Below are positions 63,282-64,000 of a stretch of 64,000 nucleotides of DNA, piece after piece. Made by a program: the position numbers and the translations under genes. The DNA comes from Phoronis australis (taxonomy: Eukaryota; Animalia; Phoronida). The notes under the pieces were generated by a model, which did no database searches, had not been told where the DNA came from, and saw only the letters and a list, made by a program, of their open reading frames with translations. Numbering within the stretch: the first letter of the stretch is position 1; every line of letters starts with the position of its first letter. The stretch spans positions 76,402 through 140,401 of the forward strand of contig NMRA01000185.1 in the NCBI GenBank assembly GCA_002633005.1. Direction: 5' to 3'.

Positions 63282-64000
63282 GTAAGGACATGAGTTAATA
63301 AGTAAAATTTTGAAAATTTCAAAATATGTTGAGATTTTGATAGGGGGTTTTTAATTCTTTTCTATTTGCACAGTTCAATAATTAATCAGATATGTGCTGC
63401 TAAGCAACATTTTTGATTGCTCCCTCGTAATAGGTCTGAGATCTCGCATCTTGAATATTTAACATGTCGCGAGCACCATTTCCTCCCCATTTTTAATAGG
63501 TGCCTGTATAATTGATTACTTCAGTTTTCATTTGTTAGTTGCGAGCGACCTATGATCAGTTTATAATGCTGTATACAATGGTTATAAAATTAAGGTTTGT
63601 CTTTGATGGCGTGTTGGAGTTCACAATCTCTAGTGCTGAAGCAGAACTGCTTTCGATAGAAGTTTGTCTGTTCATAATCATCTGCCTTTTATCCGACTAC
63701 ATATTACGTGTGTGTTATGCTGTCATGCCCTCCCATCAGGTGTCCACTGCTGTATCTAAAAAACTCCTTGAAGAATGTTCGTTTGACGAATGTTCATAAA
63801 AGTTTTTAAACTAATGTTGGGTTTGGCAGATCAGTCCAAGTCATGAAAATGGGCATGTGTGTTTCTACTGGGAAGGGCATGGCTAGTTTTGAATGGGTAT
63901 AACTGTTGTGGTGCCCTCTTTTGGCAATTTTGTTTTTTGCCATCGGCTCAATACAAGTTCATTGATGGATCTTCATGAAACTTGACGTGTGTTTCTATTG

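Overview
AT-rich, repeat-dense animal (invertebrate-type) genomic DNA with spliceosomal introns and one 916-N scaffold gap (12744-13659). The window is spanned by one + strand gene, a NOL9/Grc3-type polynucleotide 5'-OH kinase. I reconstructed nine coding exons by hand with consistent splice phases (2854-63281, 757 codons; the gene runs on beyond the window). Intron 5 is 37.6 kb. It holds an intronless antisense 7TM GPCR with non-canonical activation motifs, a full-length but decayed Ty3/Gypsy element (LTRs, PBS, PPT, 4-bp TSD) and a multi-level nest of DNA transposons. At the centre of the nest are two Kolobok-type elements, one inside the other. Each keeps convergent remnants of a THAP-transposase and of a Cys-rich gene resembling the P2X7 'ballast'/KolX domain. 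Intron 3 holds a Helentron-derived (HINE-like) element with a ~451-bp higher-order array full of CTCF-like motifs, plus old Gypsy and LINE RT fossils and a gap-flanking 1.1-kb duplication. Most other short ORFs in the supplied track look spurious. All family assignments come from motifs read by eye; no database search was run.
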